Shown here: positions 25,471 to 38,460 of the stretch, piece by piece | How positions within the stretch are numbered: position 1 is the first letter of the stretch | How the letters are laid out: the number at the start of each line of letters is the position of its first letter | From: Octopus vulgaris | Taxonomy: Eukaryota | NCBI GenBank assembly: GCA_951406725.2 | Contig: OX597821.1 | Coordinates: 76,446,001 to 76,510,000 of the forward strand | Direction: 5' to 3' | Length of the DNA stretch: 64,000 bases | Position numbers and translations under genes: made by a program | Notes under the pieces: generated by a model | The model's database searches: none | The model's input: the letters and a program-made list of their open reading frames with translations, nothing else | Told to the model about the DNA's origin: nothing

Positions 25471-26789
25471 CCTTCTTCTATGTCTACTCACTACATTCCC
25501 ACCTCTCCATCTTTCTTTTTTCACAATTTCTCAAATTTACCCATCCACTCACCCTATCCATTCTTTGGTTCCACTTCAATTATATACACTTGCCTGTAAC
25601 TTGAGTGCACCCCGTTGTCACACCCTCATCATCATTTCTCTCTCTCTTTCTCTCCCTCTTTCCCCTCCTGAGGTAGCCATATATCTCCTTTACTGCAAGA
25701 CACCTATTTCTTTCCCTCTATTCATACTCTAATCTCTCATCACCTGACACAAAAACCTCGATTCTACTCCTCCCTCAGTCGAAGGGGTCTTGTAGTTCCC
25801 CCCACCACCACCAACTCAGTCAACAGGTACCTTTGGCTTGCAGCTACGTGGCAGCATCACTAAAGGTGGTGCCATGAGAAAAAAGCACACCGTACATTCT
25901 GTGGAATGGTTAGGGTTAGGAAGGACATCCTTCTGTAGAAACCATGCCAAAGCAGACATTGGACCATGGTGCTGTCCTTCGCTGGATCCAAACAAACCAT
26001 CTCTGGAAGGCAGATATTAAAAGATGATGATCATCATCATCGTTTAAGGTCCGTTTTCCATGCTGGCATGGGTTGGACGGTTCAACCGGGGTCTGGAAAG
26101 CCAGGAGGCTGCACCAGGCTCCAGTCTGATCTGGCAGTGTTTCTACAGCTGGATGCCCTTCCTAACGCAACCACTCCGTGAGTGTAGTGGGTGCTTTTTA
26201 CATGCCACTGGCTCAGGGGCCAGAGGAGGCTGGCAAGCGGCCACGATCAGTTGGTGCTTTGTACAGGATGTTTGTTTTTTGTTGGGTTTTTTTTTTCTTT
26301 TGCAATTTTTGTCTGTCAAATCACACAAAGCATTGGTCATGTAGCATCTCATGTAGAGATGTCATGTAGTAAAACTGAACTCAGAACCATGTTGTTACTA
26401 AATGAACTTTTTAATTAGCCACTTTTGCTCACTTATACACATACACACACACATCTAGTGTAAATGAAAATGAGGATGAGAAGTTAGTACTGTTCAATGC
26501 ATCCCTACTTAGTTAAAAAAAGTTGTCAACTTCATTTGATTATTTTCTTACTCTCTTTTACTCTTTTACTTGTTCCAGTCATTTGACTGTGGCCATGCTG
26601 GAGCACCGCCTTTAGTCGAGCAAATCGACCCCAGGACTTATTCTTTGGAAGCCTAGTACTTACTCTTTTGCCAAACTGCTAAGTTACGGGGACGTAAACA
26701 CACCACCATCGGTCGTCAAGCGATGCTGGGGGGACAAAAACAGACACTTAAACATACACACACACACACAACGATGATGATGATGATAC

Positions 26790-26846
<57 letters not shown>

Positions 26847-28014
26847 CATATATATGACGGGCTTCTTACAGTTTCCGTCTACCAAATCCACTCACAAGGC
26901 TTTGGTCGGCCTGAGGCTATAGTAGAAGACACTTGCGCCAGGTGCCACGCAGTAGGACTGAACTCGGAACCATGTGGTTGGTAAGCAAGCTACTTACCAC
27001 ACAGCCACTCCTATGCCTATTATTATTAATTTTTAGGGAATTATGGCAGTAGAACAGCGACTAAAATCTTCAAAGGAAAAATAAAAAAAGACAAAATCAA
27101 GGAAATATGAAATTATTGTTTGAGAAAATTTCCTCCAAAGAAGTATGGTGATTGTCACAACCATCTCTTTTATTTTTTTTTTTTTGTCCATTTTTCTTTT
27201 GTTTGATTGAGTTGGTATTACGAATAAAAGTTCCGGGTGTTTGGTAACTGTAAGTAAGAGTGTGTGTAGACCTAGAAATTTGGTGTGGAAGCCAATCTAC
27301 ATGAGAAGAATGTTTGAATAGGTTGGCTCTAATCGTTATATGTGAAGGTGTTGTTAGACATAAGGTGTTGCTGTTAGCAGTTTCAAAGGGCAACAGACAA
27401 CCGCTCTTCCTGCTCATGCTCCCTAATTCATCTCTCTGCTTGTTTGACACAAAAGCAAATAATGCAGATCATGGTGGTGGTGGTGGTGGTGGTGGTAGTG
27501 GTGGCAATGGCGGTGGTGCTGGTGGGTGGTGGGTGATAAATCACTGCCGCATATCTATCTGTAGTAATTTAGCTAACAATCTCAAGCTGTCTTTGGGTTG
27601 GCTGATTGAGTTAGAAGAAACAACATCTTCAATTTGGCCTGTGTTTGCACACAAGGAAACCTCACCTCGTCCCTTCCATACCATTTTCCCTCTGCTTCCC
27701 TGTGAACTTCACCTCCTTCCATTCTCTGTCTTCGTCCCTTCCCCCCACCTCTGCCTCTTCTAATAGCAATCTTTCACTCCTGCCACCTTCGCCTTCAATC
27801 ATTGTCTTCCTCTTGCTGCCTCTCTGCTCTTCTCCATTCTGCCAACCTCCTCGATCCTTGTACAGCTGTGTTAGAAATTGATCTGCAGCCTACCGCCTCC
27901 TCCTCCTCCTCCTCCCCTCCTCACCACCCTCTCACTCTTCAGTGACATGGTCCATTTGTGTTAGCTCCCACTACTGTGGCTGGCTTTGGTGCTATTGAGT
28001 CACTGAGTTCTGGT

Positions 28015-28445
28015 GCTGGTGGTGGTGATGATGATGATGATGATGATGGGTGGTGGATGGTGGCAGTGGTAGTAGTGGTTGTAGGAGTGAGTGTGGAGGT
28101 GATGGCAGTGGTGGTAGTGATGGTGGTGGTGGTAGTAGTAGTAGTTGTAGAGGTGGTGATGGTGGCAGCAGCAGTGGTGATGATGATGACAATGGTGGTG
28201 GTGGTGGTGGTAGTGGCAGTGGTTGTGGCAATAAGTGTGGAGGTGATGGTGGTGAGGCTGGCGGCAGCGGTGGTGGTCGTTGTCGTCATCATCGTCGTAG
28301 TGGTGGTAGTGGCAGTAAGTGTGGAGGTGGTGGCAGCAGCAGCAGTGGTGATGGTGGTGGTGGTGGTTAGTGGTGGTATAGCAAGAAATGATGATGGGAG
28401 TGTGTTGGCCATGGTAGTAATGGAGGTTGTGGTTGTAGTGGGAGT
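28015..28445. repeat. Compound trinucleotide low-complexity tract (GTG/GTA/GCA/ATG)
   Basis: In-phase triplets giving poly-Thr, poly-Val and poly-Gly ORFs. Confidence 0.85.
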
Positions 28446-30439
28446 CTGTGTATGTTTTGGTGATGGTGAAACATCAGTAGTGATGATCGGTCGTTCCGTC
28501 CGGCAATAATGGCAGTGGTTGTTAGAAGCCATGATAATGGTGTTGATGATGGTAGCAACAATGGTAATAAAAATGGCACAGGTTGTTAGAACTGAGTGGT
28601 AATGGTTGTCTTAATGGTGGTCATATTCATTATGTTCTTTCCCTCTTTCTTCCTTTCTTTCTTATCTCCCCCCCCCCCGCCTTTCTCTCCATGCTTCTGT
28701 CATCTTGTTAGTGCTAACGCAGCACTGCATTGTCATGTCGCAGCATTTCTCACTTATGAAGACACCCTCGTAATGAATTGCAGGTGACAGAGGTGCTGTG
28801 CAGAATCAACATTCGACGTTGGACAACAGCTGGTTCTCTGACCACAGACCGATTCAGCTTTTGTTAGCAGAGATCAGTCCCCTGGGATGCTGTTGTAAAT
28901 CTCGTTGGATCGAAGGAGATTGAATTGAGACCGGTCAGAGTCTTAAACAAGTTCTTTTCCGTTGGGTGGTGTGGTGGTTGTAGCAGAACGCAAGTGCCAA
29001 GGGAGATTGTCAATAACTCAAATATCACAGTGTCCGTTGAACAACTTGGCTTAAGTCTCGATCAGGCAGGAGATATTGACATAGCAAATATAAACAGCTT
29101 GCTTAGCTTTGTTAAGATCTGCACAAGTTCTGCACAACTAACTGAAAATAAAATAAAATTTCACAGATAATATCTAATGGAACTTTTTGTCTTTTGGTTT
29201 TTGTTTTTTCTTTATTGATGTCACTTCTTGACTGTAAAGAGTTATAGCTAGACAAAAATTAATAGGGTGTTGATGAACTATAATTAGTGTATAATTAATA
29301 TGGTATTGATGAAGTGTAATTAGTATAATTTAAGGAAACTGTTTATTAGTGGTTTGTGTCAGTAAGAGTTAATTAGTCAATTTGGTAAAAAGCTAAAAGT
29401 CAGAGATGTTAGTGTATGATGGGAAACATAAACATCAAATATTTCATACAGAGCCTTCCTTTAAACAATAGGTGTTGGCTAACTGGTTGAGGTTTCTATT
29501 AACCAGGATGTAAATTCAGAGACTCATTACATTAAATTGTTCACACATAATAGGAATCCTCACTCCCCCCCCCTCTCTCTCTCTCTCTCTCTTTCCTACT
29601 ATAACAGCCACTGCTCCTCTAAACTTATTTCTTTACTACCCACAAGGGGCTAAACACAGAGGGGACAAACAAGGACAGACAAAGGGATTAAGTTGATTAC
29701 ATCGATTCCAGTGCGTAACTGGTACTTATTAAATCGACCCCGAAGGGATGAAAGGCAAGGTCGACCTCGGCGGAATTTGAACTCAGAACGTAACGGCATA
29801 CGAAATACCGCTAAGTATTTCTCCCGGCGTGCTAACGATTCTGCCAGCTCACCACCTTCACTGCTCCTCTAAACTGGTTGGTCTTGTGTCACCTTCACTT
29901 AAGTACTCCTAACTCACTTGTTTCTCTTTCCCGGCTCATCATTCGTAGTGTGTTCTCTCCCCACATTCAACCCTAACCCTAATGCCAACGCTAACCACCA
30001 CACCCAACCTGCCTCTCCAGAACACTTTTCATACCCATGTTTTTTGTTGTTGTTGTTGGATTTTTTTTTTTTTTTGTCTTGCAGTGATAAACTTGCAATT
30101 ATTCAAGAGGAAGATTAACCATGTCAGCCTCATTTGTACCCATGAGGGTCTGTGAGGACCATAAGCACTGCTTTTTCCTCATAACTAAACCAAAAGAAAA
30201 AAAAAGAAAAACTCACTTAATGAGAGCATATAATCAGGGATTAGGTATAAGGATTTCGTGATGTCCTATGATTATCATCATCATTTAACGCTTGTTTCCA
30301 TGGTGGCATGGATGAGGTGGGTTTGCCAAGAACTGGAAAACCTAAGAGATGCACCAGGTTCCAACTGTCTCTTCTTGCATGGTTTCTATGGTTTTCTATG
30401 CCTTTCCTAACATCAACTACTTCACAGAGTGTATTGAAT

Positions 30440-30950
30440 GCATCTCACAGGGCACCAGTACCATTCTTTATATGTGGCACCAGCACAGATGCTCTACAGG
30501 TGGAACCGGCATGGTGACATTTTACATGGCAAGACCACGGATACTCTTTGCATGGCGCCAGCATGGGTGCTTCTTATGTGGCACTAGTACAGACACTTCT
30601 TACGTGGCACTGGCATGGGTTTTTTTTATGTGGCACTGGTACAAGCACTTCTTATGTGGCACTGGAATGGGTGCTTCTTATGTGGCACTGGCATGAGTGC
30701 TTCTCATGTGGCACTGGCACAGACAAGACACTTCTTATGTGGCACTAGAATGGGTGCTTCTTACGTGGAACTGGCATGGGTGCTTCTCATGTGGCACTGG
30801 AATGGGTGCTTCTTACGTGGCACTGGCATGAGTGCTACTCGTGTGGCACTGGCACAGACACTTCTTACATGGCACTGGAATGGGTGCTTCTTATGTAGCA
30901 CTGGCATTGGTGCTCTTTACATGGCACTGGCCCAAGTGTTTTTTACACAA
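30440..30950. repeat. ~24-bp minisatellite derived from the RTE 3'-UTR subunit
   Basis: Unit gcatgggtgcttcttatgtggcactg-like, contiguous with an RTE tail at 30275-30440. Confidence 0.85.
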
Positions 30951-31214
30951 CACCAGCTCTTACAAGCTTACAATGTAAAGTATAATTCATTTTGGTTGAT
31001 GTTTGTCAAATAGTCACAAGTCCTTCTATGTTCCAATGTGTTTATTATGTTCTCTGCTTAATTCAGAAATCATAAAACAGATTTACTAAACTGACTTGGT
31101 ATCGCCAGGGTCTTTTCCATTTCACAATATCATTTTGGATTTTAACCCAAAACAATTGACATGCCATTTCATTGAACATAAACGTATTCAATGTCTTTGC
31201 TCACATTTTGGTAC

Positions 31215-31890
31215 ATCATCATCATCATCATTGTTTAATGTCCGTTTTCCATACTGGCATGGGTTGGACCGTTCGACTGGGGTCTGGGAAGTCAAGGAGC
31301 TGCACCAGGCTCCAGTCTGATCTGGCAGTGTTTCTACAGCTGGATGCCCTTCCTAATGCCAACCACTCCAAGAGTGTAGTGGGTACTTTTTACGTGCCAC
31401 CAGCACAGGGGCCAGAGAGGGTTGGCAACGACCACAATCGGTTGGTGCTTTTTATGTGCCACCGGCACGGGAGTCAGTCAGGGCGGCGCTGGCTTCAGCC
31501 ATGTTCAGATGGTGCTTTCTACATGCCACCTGCTTGGGGATCACAACTACAATTTCAATTTTAATTTGGTTTTGATGTACTTGACTCAATAGGTCTCTTC
31601 AAGCATGGCATGTCGCCCTAGAATCCAAGGTACCTTTGAGTGGGATGGTTATGCAACACTAGTGTAGGTTACACTAGTGAAATCACTTTATTTGCCAAGT
31701 CTTCTCAGTCACAGCACATCTCCAGAGGTCTTGGTCTTTTGTCATTGCCTCTTTGAGGCCCAACATTCGAAGGTCATGCTTCACCACCTCATCCCATGTC
31801 TTCCTGGGTCTCCCTCTACCCCGGATTCCTTCTACTGTTTGGGAGTGGTACTTCTTCACACAGATCTCCTCATCCATCCGTAACACCACA
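31215..31890 (-). mobile_element. 5'-truncated RTE: ORF C-terminus, 3' UTR and (GAT)n tail
   Basis: VEGIRGRGRPRKTWDEVVKHDLRMLGL..DLWRCAV, then the same 3' UTR and a CAT repeat at 31215. Confidence 0.88.
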
Positions 31891-32157
31891 AGTTCTGGAT
31901 GCTGTTAATTGAAAACTGGAAAGAAAATAATAGACACTGTGGACAGGGATCTGGGATTGACAGATCTGAAGGTCTAAGACTGAGTATACTTACATCTACA
32001 AATCAGATAAATTTATGTGCTGTTTGGTTAAATCTATAAATCAATATCCGTGCACTGGTCATTTACCATCACTGTTACGTCACACCATGTCCAAGACCAG
32101 AATATATAATTCTTACTGAGCTTATACACAGGGTACAATAGCAAGATATTGTTGTTC

Positions 32158-33075
32158 TAAGGTGGCGATCTGGCAGAAATGTTAGCATGCTGGGCAAAAT
32201 GCTTAGCAGTATTTCGTCTCTTTACATCCTGAGTTCAAATTCCACCGAGATCAACTTTGTCTTTCATCCTTTCAGGGTTGATAAATTAAGTACCAATTGT
32301 GTACTGGAGTCGATCTAATCAACTGGCCTCTCCCCAAAAATCTTGGGCCTTGTGCCTAGAGTAGAAAAGAAATGTTAGCACACCAGGCAAAATGCTTAGC
32401 GGTATTTCATGTCCAATTGCGTACTGGAGTCGATCTAATCAACTAGCCCCCTCCCCCAAAATTTCGGGCCTTGTGCCTAGAGTAGTAAAGAGTCGTTAGC
32501 ATGCAAAAAAGTTTGCAGCATTTCATCCGTCTTCATGTTTGAGTTCAAGTTCCGCCAAGGTTGACTTTGCCTTTCGGGGCTCAATAAATTAAGTACCGGT
32601 GATACACTGGGATCGATGAAATCGACTTGTACCCTCCCCCCAAATTATAGACCTTGTGCCTTTAGTAGAAAGGATCATTAGTGCGCCAGAGAAAATGCTT
32701 AACAGCATCTCGTCAGTCTTTACATTCTGAGTTTAAGTTCTGCCAAGGTCGTCTTTGCCTTTCATCCTTTTGGGGTCAATAAATTAAGTACCAGTTGCAT
32801 ACTGGGATAGATCTAATCGACTGGCCCACTTCCCTAAAATTTCAAGCTGTGTGCCTTGAGTAGAAAAGAATATACATTTAAGGCAGGTAGAATCATTAAC
32901 ACACCAGGTGAAATGCTTAGCCTGTCTTTATGTTCTGAGTTCAAATTCCACCGAAGTCAACTTTGCCTTTCATCCTTTCAGGGTCGATAAATTAAGCACC
33001 AATTGCGTACTGAGATTGATATAATTGACTGGCCCCCACCCCAAACATTTCGGGTCTTGTGCCTAGAGTAGAAAA
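32158..33075 (+). mobile_element. Head-to-tail array of about 5 Meta-like SINE units, tail type B
   Basis: Repeated gttagca..aaatgcttagc..gagttcaaattcc..aattaagtacc..ccttgtgcctagagtagaaaaga; units start near 32160, 32372, 32494, 32677 and 32881. Confidence 0.85.
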
Positions 33076-35307
33076 TGTTCTTTACATTGAGAAGCAGGTG
33101 TGTTGTCTTTTATTAGTGTGTAGTGATTGGTTCAAATGCCCTTATGAGTACAAAACTGTTAACGGGCTTACATTTTATCCAGTAGGAGCAGGATGTTCTT
33201 TAATCACTCATTACCTTCTAAATAGGGCCGATCTAGAAATCCATAGAACACTTCCTGGTGCCAGGGATAAGGCCCAGTAAGGTAGAAAGAAGTAGGGGAG
33301 ACATAAGTGAAATAATACATAGGGACAGCTTAGAACCCTATAGATGATATAAGTTAGAGCTTTCAATAATAGTCGCAGCTAACTTGGGGCTGAGGGTGGG
33401 GCAGCTTTGGTAGTGGCAGTAGTCATGGTGGTGGTGGCGGCGGTGGAGGAGGAGGAAGGGGAGGAGTGGTAAGGATTCTTTTGGAATAGATTCTATATTG
33501 TTGTCTAGATTAATTGCAACTACTACTAGCCTCTTCCAATCACTATAATTATCACAATATCTTATTGTCAAATTTTTCACATCCAATCCTCTTAAAACTG
33601 AGTTCTTCTTTAATCAGCCTGAAATTCAAAGACTTTGCTTCTCTTAATGTTTGTGTGTGAGAGAGTGTGTGTGTACATGTGTGTGTATATATATATGTAT
33701 GTGTGTGTGTGTTGATGGTTTCCAAATATTCTACATGTATGCTTATATTTTGTTGCATCATTGCAGTAAAAAGAGCCAGAAACAAGAGTCTTTCTTTCCT
33801 ATAATGAATTCAATTTGATGTAGATTGAAGAGAGTTTCTCACTTTCTACTTCTTTATTTTTCACTTTCAAATTTTACATTAATTTTTGTTTGTTGTTGTA
33901 TTGTTGTTGTTCTTCTTCTTCTCATTATTATTATTATAGTTGTTGTTATTTTCCTTCTTTATTTTACTGAATATTGTGCATCTTTAAAGTTTCTAAAATT
34001 ACAGTTTTGTTTTTCTTTGGCTTTTCGTTTTAAAAATTTTTATATAAACTTTTCGGTTCTCTTTTTCGTTTTCAATCATGTATCATAGAATTTTAAAATT
34101 CCTCATTATATTCACAGCAAACAAAGACGTATATACAGACACACATACACACATATCTAGACTTGGTATTAAACTTTACAAATAAAATGAACTTCTTGTA
34201 GAGTATAGAATATAAACACTATTGATCATATATATTTATATTGTTTTTGATAAGGTTTTTTTTGTTGTTTTTAACCTTTATTTTGCTGAGATCTGTTTAC
34301 ATTTTTTTGTTTTGTTTTCTTTTTTTATTATTATTATTATTATTATTACTATTATTATTATTATTATTATTTTTAATGATACTTTTAGTTGTTATCTAAT
34401 TCTGAACAGGAAACTCTTCAAACACAGTCTTTAGGTTTTTATTACCATTATTAATAATTTCTCTTGTGAAAGCCAAGAACTAATGTTCTGAAGGCTACAG
34501 ACAAACAACAAACAATGTTATAGAACAATCTAGAGATTGTACAAGAGTTCTTCAGTTTGAAGTAGGCTTGATAAATAAAAATCTGGGATTAAAACAATCC
34601 AAAAACATAGTATAAAGAAAAGAAACTTGTGATCTATCAGAAAGTAAGTAGAAAGTTGTACAAATACAGCATACACAATTATACCATACTTGTCTCTTTG
34701 ACGACATTGGCTTTATAAATTTAGGAAATTTCATATTTCATAAGTTATTTTTTTTTAATTTCAAATTATTAATTTATTAAATAATTTCAGGATTAAGTAT
34801 TATTCTGAAATTCTGTTGTGAGCTTCTTCACATGCTAATGTTATACAAGATGAGTTTTTTTTTTTTTTTGTTTTGTTCTATTTTTTTCTCTTTTTGGTTT
34901 GTTTTTTGTTCCATATTTTCAACTTAACATAAGTTGGTTAAAGTTGGCTTGGGTTAGATTGAACACTTACAAATTCATGTATATTTTAACAAAAGATTGT
35001 ATATATAAATTATATATGCATGTACATATGTGTATAAAGTGTGTTTGTATGTGTATATATATGTGTGTGTGTGTATATACACATATGTATTTGTAAACAT
35101 GTATGTTGATAAGTGCCAACACACAAAACTCTCAGACCTTGGGTCTCGCTGTTGCTTTTGCTAAAATTTTAAAAAATATATGTATTTGTGTATACATATG
35201 CGCACATCATCATCATCATCGACTTTTAACACTCATTAAATGTTGATGACAATGATGTGCATATACATACACACTCATACATATTTACAAATATATATAT
35301 ACACACA

Positions 35308-35790
35308 CAGGGTGCAATGAATAAACTGTCTAAATTATGCAAAATTGAAAATAACCCTGAAATCTCATTTCAACAGATATATTTACCAAAATTACATAAA
35401 AATATCTCGAAATAGTAAAGAGTAAACTTATTCAAAATCGTCATTGGCTTCAGTCACAGCCTCCAGACAACTTCAGAACCTCCTGCAACTCTTCTGGACA
35501 GTCTCCTTGTTTAAGTCGGTGAATGCTGCCATAATCTTTGCCTTCAGTTCATCTTTGGTGTTACAAGGAGTTTTCTTGCTAACTTACTTGCTCAACTGCG
35601 CCTCACACATAATAATCTAAGGGGTTGCATCTGGGGAGTTAGGTGGACAGATGTTATGGGTGATGTGGTCACAGAAATTGTCTGACATCCATGACTTGGT
35701 TCTCTTGCTTGTGTGGCATAGTGCAGAGTCCTGTTGCCAGACATAGGATCTTCCAGCAGCCACCCTCTTAACCCAGAGCAGTACACCTAC
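35308..35790 (-). mobile_element. Second, shorter relic of the same DD37D transposon
   Basis: YVWQQDSALCHTSKRTKSWMSDNFCDHITHNICPPNSPD; same terminus cagggtgcaatgaataaactg. Confidence 0.85.
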
Positions 35791-36315
35791 TGAGTAGAGT
35801 ATGATATTGAGGGATAAAAATGGATGGGCTGTGGAGCTGCACATTGCTGGACTTTCTGAATGGCACACATAACGGGAATTTACTTTGAATATTTTAATAG
35901 CCTGCTGCTGAGCCATGTTTCATGCAAACCACTTCCCATAAAACATTACCCATGCCTGGTTTATACCTTCACTGAAGAGCATCTAAATTGTTTACTTCTC
36001 ATTCATTGTCCAGTTTTTTTTCTATATTTAATTGCTGCTGTTTAGCCCTAGGTCGGTCTCAATCAAGCAGATCCATCTTATTTTCAAGCATTCTGTATTT
36101 AACCTAGTGTTATCTAACATATCCTTTTCTAGAGATAGTTGGGTGTGATTTAAGAAAGGGATTTTGTTGCTATTTCTTACAGGTTAACAGCTTTCTTGTT
36201 GGTTCATTTATTCCTATGTCACTCCTTCATCTTCTCTTTTATTACCATCATCAGCATCATCGTGATTCTTATTTTCATTATTGTCACCATCATTATGTTC
36301 TTTATCCACCATAAT

Positions 36316-36350
<35 letters not shown>

Positions 36351-37283
36351 TCCTTTAAATGGAAGTTGTTACTGGATGTTGTTGGGGGTTATAGTGGTAG
36401 AGAAATACCATTATCCTTGTGTCTTTTATTTATTCATCTCTAATTTCACCACCATCTGTCAATCACTACCATCTGTCAATCACTCATATTACTATGTAAC
36501 AAAGATTTCTATAACGTCAGCTTGCGTCCTGCTTATAGTTTGAGTAATATATGGTTGCATTCACTCAGCTAATTGGTGTAGCTTTTTACCATTTTGGAAA
36601 TGGTTCAATTCTCCAAAGAGTTCTGTGATATTAATACCATTTCTGGTGGTCAACTCCCTGAAAATACATCTACACACTTTTGTTTGTTTGTTTGTTTGTT
36701 TGTTTTAAATACTTTCATTCTTTTCTATCTTCATGGTAAAAGAGTTCAAGAATGAAGAATGACGAAAGTAAAAACAAAAAAAAAAAAAAATACATCAAAT
36801 ATATAAAAAAAAAACCTCAAAAACAAAACCTAACGCTGCAAAAACTCTGTTTTGTTGCTGTTAGTTGTGTGGTTGTATTTAAGATGTCATTTAGCCAATT
36901 ATATAGATTATACTCCAGCTATTTTCTGCCGAACATTCTATTTAGACTGAGTTCATTTTCAACAGCTTTTCTCCTCGTTGCCATTATAGCTACAACAGTG
37001 TCTGTCGGCCAGTCACACTTTCTGCTCCCTTATTCCCCAGATTAACTTAACGAAAGGACAGATCTGTTGTTAATAATAAAACTGACACGAGGAATGACAA
37101 AAGCATCAGGAAACACATATAAAGGCCAACATTTTCTGTGTTTGTTGTTCAAGTCCCCAGATGAGCTTAAGTCCAGTTCCCCAATACTTTTTACAAATTC
37201 AACAACCCTCCTCCTCGCCCCCCTGCTTCCTCTACATCACCTCTCTCTTTCTCTCACTCTGCATCATCCCATCTCTCCCTCTC

Positions 37284-37314
<31 letters not shown>

Positions 37315-38117
37315 CCCTCTCTCTCTCTCTCTCATACACACACACACATTTGCGCTTGTTCAGTTTCTTCTGAAATTTCCAATTATTTTTGCCATTATTG
37401 TTTAGGCCTCCCTTGTAAGATAATATCACCTACTGTAAGTTATCCGTACATTGGCAAACAATTAATTCTGATAGTTTTCTGTGTATTCTCTTCCTTGTGC
37501 CATCAGATTTTACTTAAATTAGATAAATTTATTTTATTGCAAGTGCTTGTGTTTTTCTTTTGTCTGTTCTCATTGTGATGTGGAAGGAAACCTAACTGTG
37601 GGCGGAGGAATGAAATCATTTGAATGATTCTGTTAGAAGGGTCTCAGAAATAGTCTTATTTTTCTTCTTATATTTGATTCAGCTATTGAAAGGGGCATTG
37701 CTAGACACCTTAATGGCTTATTGGGTACAGGTTTGGCTGTGTAGTAAGAACCTTGCTCCTCAGCCCCCGTGGTTCTGGGTTCAGTCCCACTGCATGGCAC
37801 CTTGGACAAGTTTCTTCTAATACACATAAATGTGTGTGTGTGTGTGAGAGAGAGAGATAGAGAGAGAGGGGGGAGTAAGAGAGAAAGATGGGAGGATGCA
37901 GAGTGAGAGAAAGATGAGAGAGGTGATGTAGTGGAAGCAGGGGTGAGGAGAGGTGTTGAATTTCTAAAAAGTATTGGGAAACTGAACTTAAGCTTATCTG
38001 AGGACTTGAACAATAAACACAGAGATGTTGGCCTTTATTAGAAGACACTTCTAATATATGTTGGCCAATCAAAGCCTTGTGAGTGGATTTTGTGGACAGA
38101 AACTGAAAGAAGCCCAT

Positions 38118-38174
<57 letters not shown>

Positions 38175-38182
38175 ATATATCA

Positions 38183-38460
38183 CCATGACCAACCAGGCTA
38201 TCAGATGTTGCTACACATCGCTGGTCACAATGCACTTCGCATTGTTTTAGCCTTCAAATGACACCACCCTGCTGGGTAAGCGAGCAGGCCAACAGAAGAA
38301 AGAGTGAGAGAAAGTTGTGGCGAAAGAGTACAGCAGGGATCGCCACCACCCCCTGCCAGAGTCTCATGGAGCTTTAAGTGTTTTTGCTCAATAAACACTC
38401 ACAATGCCCGGTCTGGGAATCGAAACTGCGAGTCCGCTGCCCTAACCACTGAGCCATTGC
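38183..38460 (-). mobile_element. Third tRNA-derived SINE family, nested in the (TA)n of a CORE-type SINE
   Basis: Minus-strand head GCAATGGCTCAGTGGTTAGGGCAGCGGACTCGC..GTTTCGATTCC, then ttgagcaaaaacactt. A related head lies at 12321-12480 (+). Confidence 0.7.

Noticed and set aside
29969-29982. Telomeric (TTAGGG)n on the minus strand
   Set aside because: Only about 2 units; expected by chance.
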